A stretch of 64,000 nucleotides of DNA, from NCBI GenBank assembly GCA_963827655.1, contig CAWHCF010000020.1, positions 280,336 to 344,335 of the forward strand. The letters are read 5' to 3'. A program made the translations under genes and the position numbers. Position 1 is the stretch's first letter; every line of letters starts with the position of its first letter. The notes below the pieces were generated by a model. That model made no database searches and had not been told where the DNA came from. It saw nothing but the letters and a program-made list of their open reading frames with translations. The DNA is from an uncultured Acidobacteriota bacterium (GTDB taxonomy: Bacteria; Acidobacteriota; UBA6911). Positions 1-11,159 of this stretch are shown here, one piece after another.

Positions 1-1
1 G

Positions 2-3000
2 TCCGGTCGTGTAACCGACAATACCGGCGCGGTCGTCCCCGGAGCGAGCGTCAAGATTGCCCATCTGGCGACGGGTCGCGAGCGGGATTCAGTCACGAAT
101 GAGCTGGGCGAGTTCTGGGTGCCTGCGCTGCCGGTGGGTACCTATAAAGTCACGGTGACGATGCCCGGTTTCAAACAGTTCGTTCAGGAGGGCATCGTCC
201 TGGAGGTCAACCGTGTCGCCCGGCTCAATCTGCGGCTCGACGTTGGTCAGCTGAGTGAGAACGTGGTGGTCACCGGCGATGCTCCGCTGGTCGAGACTAC
301 CCAGAGTACCGTCAGCAAAGTCGTCGACAGCGCTCAGATCCTCGAGCTGCCGTTGAACGGCCGCAACACCGCGGAACTGGTCCAACTGGTTCCGGGAGTG
401 ACCTCATTTGGCGCGGCCTCCAGCCTCGGCTACGTCGAGTACCGCGTCAGTACCGGGGGCGCCGATGCCTTCAATACCCAGTTCCTCATCGATGGCGGGA
501 CCAATACCTCGGCGTTCCGGAATACCGGCGACGTCCTCCCGAATCCAGACGCGGTCGCCGAATTCCGCCTCATCCGCAACATGACCGCGGAGTACGGAAG
601 ACTGGGGGGCGCCGTCGTCAATACCATCACGCGTTCCGGCACCAACGCCCTGCACGCGACTCTGTTCTCGTTCCATCGTAACCGGGCGCTGAACGCCCGC
701 GAATGGCACCGTCCGGACAAGAGCCCCCTGGTCCAGAACCAGTTCGGAGGTTCCGTGGGTGGGCCGATTGTGCGGGATCGAACCTTTTTCTTCGCGACCT
801 ATCAACAGCTCGAGCGCAGGACGGCCGCATTTGACAATTCCGCGGTGGTGCCTACGGCGCTGGAGCGTCAGGGTGATTTCTCGCAGTCCAGGATCAAGCC
901 AAGAAACCCGCAGACCGGTCAGCCTTACCCGGGAGATATCATTCCGCCATCGCAGTTTGACCCGGTCTCGAAGAATGTCCTGGATCAATACGTTCCGCTC
1001 GCCAACACCGCCGACGGACGTGCTGCGGTTCAGCGGCCTGTGGCTAACGATGACAACCAGCTGCTGGTCAAGATCGATCACGACTTCAGCTCATCTCATC
1101 GGGTGGCCTTTAACTATCTCCTCGGTAACAACTACGATCCGACGCCGCTGGCGGGTAACCTTCCTTACGGAACCCAGATCTTCGACGGGCGGCAGCAGAA
1201 CATCGGGGTCAGCGAGACCTGGACCGCCAGTCCGACGCTGATCAACAGCTTGCGACTCGGTTACCTGCGGACCGTGGGCCAGCGATTCATTGAGCCCGCG
1301 ATCTCGTTGAAGGACCTGGGCGGGAAATGGGAGACCGACGGATTTTCTTTTCCGCCCGAGATCAACGTGATCGGGTATTTCTGGCTGCGCACCCGTTTTC
1401 TGGGTCCCACTTACGACAACAGTTATCAGTTCATTGACACGGCGAACTGGCTTCGAGGCCGTCACAACCTGAAGCTAGGAGGGGAAATCATCCACAATCG
1501 CGGATCGAACTACTCCGGACTGTGGAGCAACGGCTGGTTCGATTTCAACGGGGGATTCACCGGCAACGCCCTGAGCGATTATCTGATCGGCCGGGCCTCG
1601 AATCTTATAGTGTCGAGCGTCAATCGCGCCATCGGGCATGTTTCCTACTACGCTCTCTTTGCCCAGGATGACTTTCGCGTCACGCCCAGGCTGATGCTGA
1701 ACCTCGGCTTGCGCTATGAGATCTTTACCCCGTCGATCGATCCGCACGACCGCATGAGCACCTACATCCCCGGACATCAGAGCAACACCGTGCCAAGCGC
1801 CCCTCCGGGAATCGCTTTCTTTGGAGAGCCGGGAGTGCCAGGCAAACTGCGAAACTACGACAAGGACAACTTCGGGCCGCGGATCGGGCTGGCTTACGAT
1901 CTCTTCGGCGACGGCCGGACCGCCGTCCGGGCTGGTTACGGAGTCAGTTACAGCGCGTCCACCATCAACGCCCAGAGCAACAACACTCCGCCTTACAGCT
2001 TCAACACCAACTATTTCGGAGTTCAGCTCAGCGACCCGTGGAAGGACGCCAATAACGGAGTCTCGCTCTTGCCTTTTCAGTTCGACCCGCAGAATCCAGT
2101 GTTTTTCTATCCGAGCAGCATCGGGTTCGTCGACCAGGACTGGCACGAGCCCTATTTCCACCAGGTAAACCTGACTCTCCAGCAACAGTTGGGCCCGAGC
2201 CACGTCATCGAAGTCGGCTATTTCGGAAACATGGGACGCAAGCTGCGGTCGCAGCTGGACATTAACGAGCCCAGGTACGTTCCAGGCAGCTCGACTGCCG
2301 GCAACGTCCAGGCCCGGCGCCCCACTCTCCCTCAGTTTTACTCCAATCTGAACATGAACTCGAACCAGGCCAGGACCGACTACCACTCGATGCAGGCGTC
2401 GGTCAAAAGGCGTTTCTCCGCCGGTGTCACATTTGACGCGAGTTATGTGCTGAGCAAGGAGACCGAGTTGCCCCAGGGCGCGCCGGTTACCGTGTATGAT
2501 TTCGGGCTGGAGTACGGGCGCAGCATCGTTGACGCGCGCCACCGGTTCATCAGTTCATTCATCTGGGAACCGCTCTGGGCCAGTCAGCTATCGGGTTTTG
2601 CCAGGCATGTCCTGCATGGATGGCAGTTCAGCGGCATCGTCAATCTTCAGAGCGGAATGCCGTTTACCGTTACTGCAGGGTCGGACGTGAACCTGAACGG
2701 CGTCAACAATGACCGCCCGAACGTCAGCCGTGATGCCCAGCTCGATCCCAACCGGCCGCGCGACGAAGTCGTCCTGCAATGGTTCGACACGGCTGCCTTC
2801 AGCCAGCCGGCCGCCGGTCAAATCGGCACGACGGGACGGAACACTCTGGACCGTCCTGGCTTCAAGAACATCGATCTGGGGATCAATCGCAATTTCCGGA
2901 TCGGACCTCACCGGCTGCAGTTCCGCAGTGAATGGTTCAACACTTTTAATTGGGTCAATTTGAGCGCTCCTGTCTCCAACATACGGTCCGCGACAGCCGG

Positions 3001-3070
3001 GCGGATTCTTACGGCCTCAAGTGCCCGCGTGATCCAGTTCGGGCTGAAATTCTTCCTCTTTGCTGACTGA
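2..3070 (+). CDS. TonB-dependent receptor, Oar-like with carboxypeptidase-regulatory-like N-terminal domain (5'-truncated by window edge)
   Basis: Frame open from base 2 (SGRVTDNTGAVVPGASV...). Motifs ELPLNGRN, TAEYGR..GAVVNTITRSGTN, NQFGGSVGGPI, QDDFRV..LNLGLRY and C-terminal RVIQFGLKF. Confidence 0.93.
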   Translation, partial: SGRVTDNTGAVVPGASVKIAHLATGRERDSVTNELGEFWVPALPVGTYKVTVTMPGFKQFVQEGIVLEVNRVARLNLRLDVGQLSENVVVTGDAPLVETTQSTVSKVVDSAQILELPLNGRNTAELVQLVPGVTSFGAASSLGYVEYRVSTGGADAFNTQFLIDGGTNTSAFRNTGDVLPNPDAVAEFRLIRNMTAEYGRLGGAVVNTITRSGTNALHATLFSFHRNRALNAREWHRPDKSPLVQNQFGGSVGGPIVRDRTFFFATYQQLERRTAAFDNSAVVPTALERQGDFSQSRIKPRNPQTGQPYPGDIIPPSQFDPVSKNVLDQYVPLANTADGRAAVQRPVANDDNQLLVKIDHDFSSSHRVAFNYLLGNNYDPTPLAGNLPYGTQIFDGRQQNIGVSETWTASPTLINSLRLGYLRTVGQRFIEPAISLKDLGGKWETDGFSFPPEINVIGYFWLRTRFLGPTYDNSYQFIDTANWLRGRHNLKLGGEIIHNRGSNYSGLWSNGWFDFNGGFTGNALSDYLIGRASNLIVSSVNRAIGHVSYYALFAQDDFRVTPRLMLNLGLRYEIFTPSIDPHDRMSTYIPGHQSNTVPSAPPGIAFFGEPGVPGKLRNYDKDNFGPRIGLAYDLFGDGRTAVRAGYGVSYSASTINAQSNNTPPYSFNTNYFGVQLSDPWKDANNGVSLLPFQFDPQNPVFFYPSSIGFVDQDWHEPYFHQVNLTLQQQLGPSHVIEVGYFGNMGRKLRSQLDINEPRYVPGSSTAGNVQARRPTLPQFYSNLNMNSNQARTDYHSMQASVKRRFSAGVTFDASYVLSKETELPQGAPVTVYDFGLEYGRSIVDARHRFISSFIWEPLWASQLSGFARHVLHGWQFSGIVNLQSGMPFTVTAGSDVNLNGVNNDRPNVSRDAQLDPNRPRDEVVLQWFDTAAFSQPAAGQIGTTGRNTLDRPGFKNIDLGINRNFRIGPHRLQFRSEWFNTFNWVNLSAPVSNIRSATAGRILTASSARVIQFGLKFFLFAD

Positions 3071-3109
3071 CTACGCTGTTCGCAATTACGGTGACGTGTT
3101 TTGGCAGTT

Positions 3110-3312
3110 GAGGCCTGAAGGGCCGACAGAGCGTAGCCGGCCGTAAGGCCGGGATTAGACGTGCATTAAGGACGTGCATTAAGGCGTGCATTAAGAAGGA
3201 GCGCCGAAGGTGCGACACAGCCGGAGTGCCGGTCCTTCGGACCTCGTGTCAGAGGCGTCTTGAAAACCCCGCCCTGACGGGCGGGGCTACTCACTGACGG
3301 GCCTTCGGCCCT
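3110..3312. repeat. Composite palindromic REP/MITE-like element, copy 1, with internal 3x GACGTGCATTAAG tandem
   Basis: Several short hairpins (GGCCGTAAGGCC, GGTCCTTCGGACC, CCCCGCCCTGACGGGCGGGG, GGGCCTTCGGCCC). Inverted near-copy at 29507-29700, partial copy at 59408-59492. Confidence 0.8.
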
Positions 3313-3485
3313 GCGACAACACAGCCGACTCCCGTGGCTCTGCGAAATACGTCACCGTATTTATGAACCAGCCAACAACTAATCGGTTTTTTTCGCGCTC
3401 CCTCGCGCCTTCGGGTCTCTGTGGTTTGGAACACGTTCCACGAGGAGCTTGCCGGGCCGCGGGGACTTTGCTATTTTGGGATCCA

Positions 3486-6400
3486 ATGCAGACAAGATGG
3501 ATTCTGGCGATCGTGTTGGCCGCCACACCGGGGGTGTTCTCTCTCACGACACCCCAGTCGGCCGAGGCTCCGATCTGGCTCTTCGATATGGGAACGGAAA
3601 GTTCACCTGTGGCCGACGGGTACATCCGAATCACGCCGGAATCACTGTTTTCAGCCCAGAAAGGATACGGGTGGAAGAGCACCGGGCAGGCTGGATTTGA
3701 CGTCGAGCGTCCGGCCAAGGATCCTGCATGGGACGGTCCCAGCGCCCAGCTCATCCCGCAGGAATTTGTCATCTACAAGGAGCACGACAATCTCACCCGC
3801 GACGGTGTTCGGAACAAAGACGATCTTGTCTTTCAGGCGAACCTCCCGAACGGCAGATACAGAGTCGCCGTCACGCTTGGGAAACCTGGCGCAGCCGATC
3901 TGCTCGCAGCAGGTCTACGTCAATGACGAGCTCGTGGCGTCCGATATCGATGCCAGGCATCTCGCGCAGCGCGGCGAGGCTGACAACCAGTACGGCTTTC
4001 CGCGAAAGGTGAGGGCGGTAGCCACCGTCAAAGACGGCTCGGTCCGGATTCGCATCCACGGAGATGACAGCGGATTTCGCGCTCGGTTCTTGAAGGAGTT
4101 CGAGAAACCGATCCCCGTCAGCTATCTTACCGGCGCTCCGTTCCGGATGCGAAAGCCGGAACATCCCGATCTAGCCGCCTGGGGCGCTTCCCGGACCAGA
4201 GGTGAACCAGGCCAGGTCTGGGTGTGGGAAGACATCGGAGGGCCTTTCACAGAGAACTCGGTGATGGCGGTCGAGATCTATCCTTTCGTCGAACCGCCGC
4301 TCTGGCGCAAGGATGGGAAGTTAACAGCCACAATACCGGATAGCGCTCTTCAGCGAGGGGCGGACCTGTTCAACGCGGGACGCTTTGCCGAATCGGAGAA
4401 GGCTTTTGAAGCTGCCGGCGGCGAGTATGCCCGCGCTCTTGGCTACCTCTGGCTTGCAGGGAGGCCCGAGTATGAAGAAGAGCAACGCCTGGTTCCGGCG
4501 GCGCTCAAGCTTTTGGAGACGGCGGCTCCTCAGAAGAAGGACGACCGGATGTTCGCCGAGATCTTAGAAAACGCCCGGCGCATGAACCAGGCCATTTACC
4601 GGTTCGTGCACCGCGCCGATCGCCAGCGGACGTATAACGAGCTTCTCCTGATTTCGGGTGAAGTCGCCTCCATGCAGCCCGAGGATCCGACCTACTACAA
4701 AGGACTCATTTACGCAGGTCGCGGCCTCTACATGATCATTCCGCATCGCTGGACCTTTGCCGCGGGCGCAGGCCGGCAGTTGTTCGAGAAGCTGAAGGCC
4801 GCTGGATTTGCCGATAACCGTTTTGTCCGATGGTACCTCGACGACCGCTGGACGGAACACAAACCGGACTGGGTCTTTCCTGATTACAGCGCCGGGAAGC
4901 AGGGCGCGCCGCCATGGGCCGCGGAAGTCTACGAAGCCTTCAACCGGGAGCTGGATCTCGCCGAATGGTGGATCCGGAACCGCCAGGCGGCCGATGGCTC
5001 GCTGGGCGGCGGCTGGGGGGATGACGTCGAGATCCTGCGCACTTTCGGGACCTCTCTCATTATCTGTCCCGACAGCAGTCCTCTGACGCTTGACGGCGTG
5101 CGCAAGCTGGCCAACGGCGCCTGGGACAGCGGTTCCATTGACCGGGAGGCGGGTTATTTCGCGAGCGTCAGCGACACCGAGCATTCAGGCGAGTGGACCG
5201 CCGACACACTGACCGCGATGGTGCGCATCGACTACGGTAATCCTGTCTATGTCGAACGAGGACTCAAGACGGCGCGTCTCATGCGCGACCTGTGGATGGA
5301 CTCTAATCGGTAACGGCCATTTTCTGATGAGGTCAAACTTTCTCGGCGCCACCGGCATCGGGATGGAGCCGACCCGGAATGATTCACGGATTAACTATCG
5401 TCCGGCAGCGCCTGCGCGCGCGGTATTCGAATACAATAATCTGCCGACACTGAAACAACTCTTCGTTCGATGGGCCGATTCCTGGCTGGCTGTCTCGCTT
5501 TCAACGGATCGTGGAAAGCCTCGAGGGATCATTCCGCAGGAGATCGGCTTTGAAGACAGCCGCGTCGGAGGAATTCAGTCTCCCAACTGGTATACCGCCG
5601 ACCATGGTCCCGGGACCGTGAACTATGACTGGGAAGGGGCGGGCGGGTACCATGACGCTATAGTCGATCTCCTCCTTCTGGCTTATCGAGCGACGGGTGA
5701 GCGGAAGTATCTCGAACCGATGGACCTGGAGGCCGCGTTTGTCCGCCAGCATTGCCCGAAGGAGTTGTTGAATTCGAATGCCAATCAAGCTCAAAACTCC
5801 GGCATTCGGCTCACTCCGGGGAGCGCCGAATGGATCGCCTCAAAACTGGCGCCCTGGCCCAAGCAATGGGACGCCACCCGGCGAATTCTCTTTCCTCAGG
5901 AATTACCGGAGCAGGGGGATCTATGGGATCTGGCTGCGGTCGCCCGAATGGCCGTGGACGCGAATGAAGGGGCCAGAAGGCGGTGGCCGCATGTCACGGC
6001 AGAGTGTATCGCTACGGATCGGGTCTACTGGCCGGGCCTGGGGAACGCGCGCCGGATCATGTCGGGATTCGGGGTTCTCGGTTTCGATCCGCTTGTGACT
6101 TACCGCGGACTCGGGCGAGATTTCGCGGCGGCGCTGCTCGCTGCTCACGCGGCCGGCATTCGCGTCGCCATTTTCAATATTTCGCCCGAGACTCGAAACG
6201 CTGCCGTGGTTCCATGGATTCTGGATCTGGGGGCGGAGTACCTTTTCAGGCTGGGTTCTGACGAAAACCATGACGGCAAAATGGACCGCGTAGTCTCCGA
6301 GCAGACGGTCCGGCTCGAGCATCGCGGCCAGGAGGTCGCGTTTCGCCTGCCGGGACGCACCCAGTACGTAGTCGAGATGAAGAGAACCGCGCAGAGTGAA

Positions 6401-6760
6401 GCTCCCGGGCTGTCTGCGGATCTTGCCCTGTCGAGCGACGACATCCAATACCTTCCCGAGTACACCAGGGTCGACGTCACTGTCCACAACCTGGGGAGTG
6501 AGCCGGCCCGGGGGATCTCGGTGACGTTGTACGACGGAGACCGGGAAATTGGCCGCCAGCGAATTCCCGGGATAGAGGCCCCGCTCGGTTTTGATCCGAA
6601 GACCGTGCGGGTAGGTTTCCGTTTTACGCCCGCGCGTGCGAGCCATACATTCAAAGTCGTAGTCGACAGCGCGGCGCCCGAAATCACGAAGCGGAATAAC
6701 ACCATTGTTGTGGAGCGCGCCACCCCGAGCGCTCCGCCCAAGCAGCATGCGACTCCGTGA
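3486..6760 (+). CDS. Large secreted protein: N-terminal galactose-binding-like/CBM domain, helical core, C-terminal CARDB (two frameshifts, ~3880 and ~5305)
   Basis: Signal peptide MQTRWILAIVLAA. FDMGTESSPVADGY..KGYGW and LPNGRYRVAVTLG are typical of YxiM/RGAE-type N-terminal domains. DGSLGGGWGDDVE motif. ADLALS..VTVHNLG..PEITKRNN (CARDB). ORF pieces 3363-3926, 3421-5313 and 5249-6760 join by single indels. Confidence 0.7.
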
Positions 6761-6804
6761 TTCGTTGCGCCTGGCGTATTGATTGTGAAAAGGAGGTGGC
6801 GGGA

Positions 6805-8580
6805 TTGTTGAGCCGAAGAAAGTTTCTCGCGGGAACGGCCGGTGTTTGGGCTGTGCCCGCCCTGGGCCAGCAGAAGACTCGACCGAACGAAGTCGCCGAG
6901 TTCGGCCCGCAACAATCAGGCGAGGCTCAGCTGCTCGACCCGACGGCGCCGTTCGGGTCCGCCGTTGGGCAACCGGGATGGCGCGGTCGCGCGCCCGACG
7001 ATCTGGTCGCCCGCGCGCGCCTGGCGCTGGAAGGGACTCTAACGAACCACATAAGGGATAACGGCCTCCCTTATTTCGATGTCGTCATCAATTACACCAC
7101 CGGCGAGGTGGATCTTCCGTCCAAGGTGACTACCTGGGACCACACCTCGCAGACAGGAAGGAGCGTCAACGCAATCCTCTGCGCCCGGGAAATGACGGAG
7201 GATTGGAAGACCGGCGTGGAGAACGAGCGGAAGATCCGCCGCGTGATGCTCGACGACTTCCGCGAGGACGGCTTCAACTACATGGAAGGCGGCGTGGCCA
7301 TGATGCACGACCAGAACCGCGCGCTTCTTGGGCTGACCGGTTGGTACCGCCACGCCGAAGGCGAGCGGGAGCGCCAGATGCTGAAGGGCTACGGCGACAA
7401 GCTGGTTGCGGCCTTCATTCGGACGGCTCGCAAGCAGGGAGAAGCGTGGGACATGCCGGGCATGTTCTATTCTCCCGAGAAGGGCTTTTATGACGCGGCG
7501 CGCGCTCCCGGCAAGCATGGCCGCACCATCATGCCGCTCATTGAATATGGCCGGACCACGGGTAACTCCGATGCGATCAAGCTGGCGGAGCGATATGCCA
7601 ACCACGTCCTCAGGGTCAGTGACTCCTTCCGCTTCGATGAGGCGGGCAACTTCAAAGATTTTGGCGACGAGGCTCTGCACGTTCATTCGGTGGGGGCTAC
7701 CATCTCCGGTCTCATTCTTCTCGGAACCGAGCTTGGGCGGCGCGATCTGGTGGAACAGGGGCGGGCGCTGTACGAAAACGGGCTGAAGTGGATCGGAAAC
7801 GAATTCGGCTGGATTCCGGAATCGAACCCGAACTCTCCGGTCAATCGCCGCCGGCGCATGCTGCGACAGACTACCTGCGAAGGGTGCTGCGTCACCGATT
7901 ACATCGAAGCCGCCCTCTATCTGGGGCGGGCCGGATACCCGGAATGCTGGGCCGAGGCCGAACGCTACGTCCGGAATCATCTGTTCGAGAGTCAAATCAC
8001 AACGGTGTCGTGGGTGAAGAGCAAGGGGTCCGTCGATATGCAGCCGCGCGTTCTGGGGAGTTCGTCGGCGCGCAGCTCACCCAACCGGCTGTTCGATCTG
8101 TTTCATCCTTCGGGCCCGATTGGCTGTTGCAGCGAGGCCATGGTGAGGGCGCTGCATCTGGCCTGGAAGCATGGCCTGGAGGAGATTCAGGGCGCGGTTT
8201 GGGTTAACCTCTTGTTCGACCGCGATACCCCCTTTGCGAAGCTCGAGACCGGTCTTCCGTCGAAAGGGCAGGTGCGGGTGACGATGAAGCGAGACGGCGA
8301 CCTGTACATCCGGGTGCCGGACTGGGCGCGCCCGACCATTTCATACCAGCCGGCGGAGATTGCAGCCTCGGCCGCATGGAAGGGGCCGTTTCAGCGGCTT
8401 TCGGCGTTAAAGAAAGGACAAACGGTCGAAATGAACTTTCGCCTTCTCCGTTCGAGCCGTGAGTGGTTGCACTCGATTATGGGGATCACCTACAGGTCCG
8501 AGTGGCTGGGAGACACGGTGGTTTCGATCTCGCCTCGCGGCAACTGTTTTCCCTTGTACGAGAGGACGTACCTGCTGTGA
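6805..8580 (+). CDS. Tat-exported GH127/GH146-like (beta-L-arabinofuranosidase-like) protein
   Basis: AGGAGG RBS; SRRKFL Tat motif. HVHS, TCEGCC..D, ERYVRNHLFESQ, GCC and LYIRVPDWA match the GH127 Zn/Cys architecture. Confidence 0.65.
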   Translation: MLSRRKFLAGTAGVWAVPALGQQKTRPNEVAEFGPQQSGEAQLLDPTAPFGSAVGQPGWRGRAPDDLVARARLALEGTLTNHIRDNGLPYFDVVINYTTGEVDLPSKVTTWDHTSQTGRSVNAILCAREMTEDWKTGVENERKIRRVMLDDFREDGFNYMEGGVAMMHDQNRALLGLTGWYRHAEGERERQMLKGYGDKLVAAFIRTARKQGEAWDMPGMFYSPEKGFYDAARAPGKHGRTIMPLIEYGRTTGNSDAIKLAERYANHVLRVSDSFRFDEAGNFKDFGDEALHVHSVGATISGLILLGTELGRRDLVEQGRALYENGLKWIGNEFGWIPESNPNSPVNRRRRMLRQTTCEGCCVTDYIEAALYLGRAGYPECWAEAERYVRNHLFESQITTVSWVKSKGSVDMQPRVLGSSSARSSPNRLFDLFHPSGPIGCCSEAMVRALHLAWKHGLEEIQGAVWVNLLFDRDTPFAKLETGLPSKGQVRVTMKRDGDLYIRVPDWARPTISYQPAEIAASAAWKGPFQRLSALKKGQTVEMNFRLLRSSREWLHSIMGITYRSEWLGDTVVSISPRGNCFPLYERTYLL

Positions 8581-11159
8581 TCACACGCCGGACTTTTCTG
8601 GAAGTGCCTCTGGTCTGGACCGCAGGCCGGTGGCTCTCGCCGGCGGCTCAGACCACCGAAGGCAAATTCACTCTGGTTGATTTCGCCCCGCATGCGACCG
8701 ACGGAGTATTGCCGCGCGACATTCAGACCCGCGGCTGGTTCGAGGGCAGGGTCGAGGGCTTGCCGAACCTGCGGGGAGGGGAAGAGCGGCTCGCCGGCGT
8801 CCCGTTTCGACTTGTGGACTCCGCCGCGCGCCAGCGTATTCTGGTGCTGGGAGGGAAAAGCCGCAGAGCGTCGATTCCTCTGGGCAAAGCCTGCCACTAC
8901 GTCTGCGTGGCCCATTTCTGCGATCGGCACCCGGACGACACCGAAGGCCCCTTCGGTTCCGAAAACCCCCGGTCGGAGTTCGAACCGGTAGCGCAGCGGC
9001 TGGCTTCGTACACGCTCGTCTTCGAGGACGGCACGCGGCACGAACAGGCGATCCGGCGGCGCTACGAAATCAATCCGCCGGGAATGGATCCCTCCCACGT
9101 GCCGGCCGCGGCCCTCCCCGCTTATGAACCCGATTTCATTGGACTGGACGCAGCGCTCGGATCGGCTCTCGAGTGGGCTTACGCGCAAACCTCGGTCTCG
9201 CGCGAGCGGCCTCGCGGTCCCGTGATCTGGGTCTACGCTCTCGGCAATCCGCATGCGGACAAGATTGTACGATCCCTGGACCTGGAAGCAGCGGGCCAGG
9301 ATCTGTTAGGGATCTGCGCGATGACCCTCTTTCATCGTCCTGAACATCCGCTGCAGCGCGCCCCCTTGCGCAGGTTTGGGATCCAGTTGACAGGCGCGTC
9401 CGAGGACTGGCGCAAGCAGTGGCAGATCTCGGTTGACCTGGGAGTGGTCGCGCGAGTGTATCCGGCCCCCGAATTCAACACGCGCGAGTGGCTCGAAAAT
9501 CCCTACCAGGGTCTCGGTGAGCCGGCGCCGGACTTTTCCAAGACAAACCGGCTGATTGCCGAAGTCACGGCCTCTCCGGCGTCCACTCTTACTTTGGAAG
9601 ACAAGCTTGCCGGGAAGCGTTTCTCCTACGATCTGGCGGATGCTCTTCAACCGGAGGTCCGCGTCCTGGAGCCTGCGGCTGCCTGGGTGCACTGCAGAAT
9701 TGTCGATAAGGAAACCGGGAAACCATGCGCCGCGCGCATCAGCTTCCGTGGTCCGTCGGGCCGCTACATTGCTCCTTACGGTCATCCGGAAGACATCAAT
9801 ACGGGATGGATGCAGAACACCGGACCGGACGTGAAGATTGGCGGCGCCTCGTATGCGTATGTCGACGGGAACTGTCAGGTCGAGCTTCCGCCGGGCGAGG
9901 TCTACGTCGAGTTGTCGAAGGGCTTTGAGTTCGCTCCCTTGCGCAGACAATTAACCATCGCACCCGGGCAGCGGGAGATCGAGCTTTCAATTTCACGGGC
10001 GCTGCACAGCGGCCGCGATGGATGGGTAACCGCCGACACCCATGTGCACATCGGATCCCCTGAACTTCTGGTGCTGGAGGGGGCCGCCGAGGGACTCAAC
10101 CTGGTGAATCTGCTGGCCGCGCAATGGGGACGGCACTTCACCAATTTCGCCGATCCCCCCGGCCGTTTTTCGGGGAGCACTGCCGAGACGACGGTATGGG
10201 TCGGGTCGGAGAATCGCAATCACTTTCTCGGACATATCGGCTTGCTCGGCCTTAAGACGCGCGTTCTTCCCTTTTCCGACGCGGGGCCGCCCGTCGCCTA
10301 CTTCGGTTCGCCGTTGACGGCGAGCCTGGCCGATTGGGCCGACGCCTGCCGAAGTCAGGGTGGCGTGACGGTCGGAGTACACTTCCCGATTCCGAATGGC
10401 GAGACCGCGGCCGATGTCGTCCTGGGCAAGCTCGATGCCGCCGAAATCCGCTATGATCGCGGTTTCGCTTCGCTCGGTGTGACCGAGTACTATCGCTACC
10501 TGAACTGCGGGTTCCGACTTGCGGCCGTGGGGGGCACCGACAAGATGTTCCCGACCCGCGCGGTAGGCGCCGTGCGAACCTACGCGCGGCTGGACCGGGG
10601 CGAGCCCTTCAGTTTCGAAGCCTGGGCCAGAGCCCTGCGCGCGGGACGAACCTTCGCTACGGCCGGACCCCTGCTCTTCCTCAAAGTCGACGGAGTGGAA
10701 CCCGGCGGGGTGATCGAAGTCAAAGGCCGCGGCCAACTCGAAGTCCACGCGATGGCTGAGTCCGTTTATCCGCTGGGCGAGATCGAGATTGTTCAGAATG
10801 GGCGTGTCGTTGCATCGGGCTCAAACCCGCTGCGCGCGAAAGTCCCGGTCAAAGGCGCAGGCTGGATAGCCGCGCGTTGTTCCTCGCAGAAGCGACTCTC
10901 TTATGGAATGCGCAACATCGGAGCTCACACGTCGCCGGTCTACCTCACCGAGGATGGGAAAGGTTGTTTCTCGATTCCCGCCGCGGAATACATGCTGAGA
11001 CTCATCGAAGGGGCCGTTCTGTGGGTCGACACACTCGCGGTACGTTCGAGCCGTGAAGATCTGGCTCGCATCAAGAAGCTGTTTGCCGAAGCTCGAACTC
11101 TCTTGGGATCCCGGCTCGGACCCCATACACACCCGCACAATCCAGGAATCAAACCATGA
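8577..11159 (+). CDS. CehA/McbA-family PHP metallohydrolase with Tat signal
   Basis: GTG overlaps the upstream TGA; TRRTFL; GWVTADTHVH, GHIGLLG, YRYLNCGFRLAAVGGTD, AHTSPVY. Confidence 0.8.
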   Translation: MITRRTFLEVPLVWTAGRWLSPAAQTTEGKFTLVDFAPHATDGVLPRDIQTRGWFEGRVEGLPNLRGGEERLAGVPFRLVDSAARQRILVLGGKSRRASIPLGKACHYVCVAHFCDRHPDDTEGPFGSENPRSEFEPVAQRLASYTLVFEDGTRHEQAIRRRYEINPPGMDPSHVPAAALPAYEPDFIGLDAALGSALEWAYAQTSVSRERPRGPVIWVYALGNPHADKIVRSLDLEAAGQDLLGICAMTLFHRPEHPLQRAPLRRFGIQLTGASEDWRKQWQISVDLGVVARVYPAPEFNTREWLENPYQGLGEPAPDFSKTNRLIAEVTASPASTLTLEDKLAGKRFSYDLADALQPEVRVLEPAAAWVHCRIVDKETGKPCAARISFRGPSGRYIAPYGHPEDINTGWMQNTGPDVKIGGASYAYVDGNCQVELPPGEVYVELSKGFEFAPLRRQLTIAPGQREIELSISRALHSGRDGWVTADTHVHIGSPELLVLEGAAEGLNLVNLLAAQWGRHFTNFADPPGRFSGSTAETTVWVGSENRNHFLGHIGLLGLKTRVLPFSDAGPPVAYFGSPLTASLADWADACRSQGGVTVGVHFPIPNGETAADVVLGKLDAAEIRYDRGFASLGVTEYYRYLNCGFRLAAVGGTDKMFPTRAVGAVRTYARLDRGEPFSFEAWARALRAGRTFATAGPLLFLKVDGVEPGGVIEVKGRGQLEVHAMAESVYPLGEIEIVQNGRVVASGSNPLRAKVPVKGAGWIAARCSSQKRLSYGMRNIGAHTSPVYLTEDGKGCFSIPAAEYMLRLIEGAVLWVDTLAVRSSREDLARIKKLFAEARTLLGSRLGPHTHPHNPGIKP

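Noticed and set aside
3158-3195. GACGTGCATTAAG x3 as a possible CRISPR array
   Set aside because: Units are 13 nt and adjacent with no spacers, and no cas genes are present; a slippage tandem inside a REP-like element.
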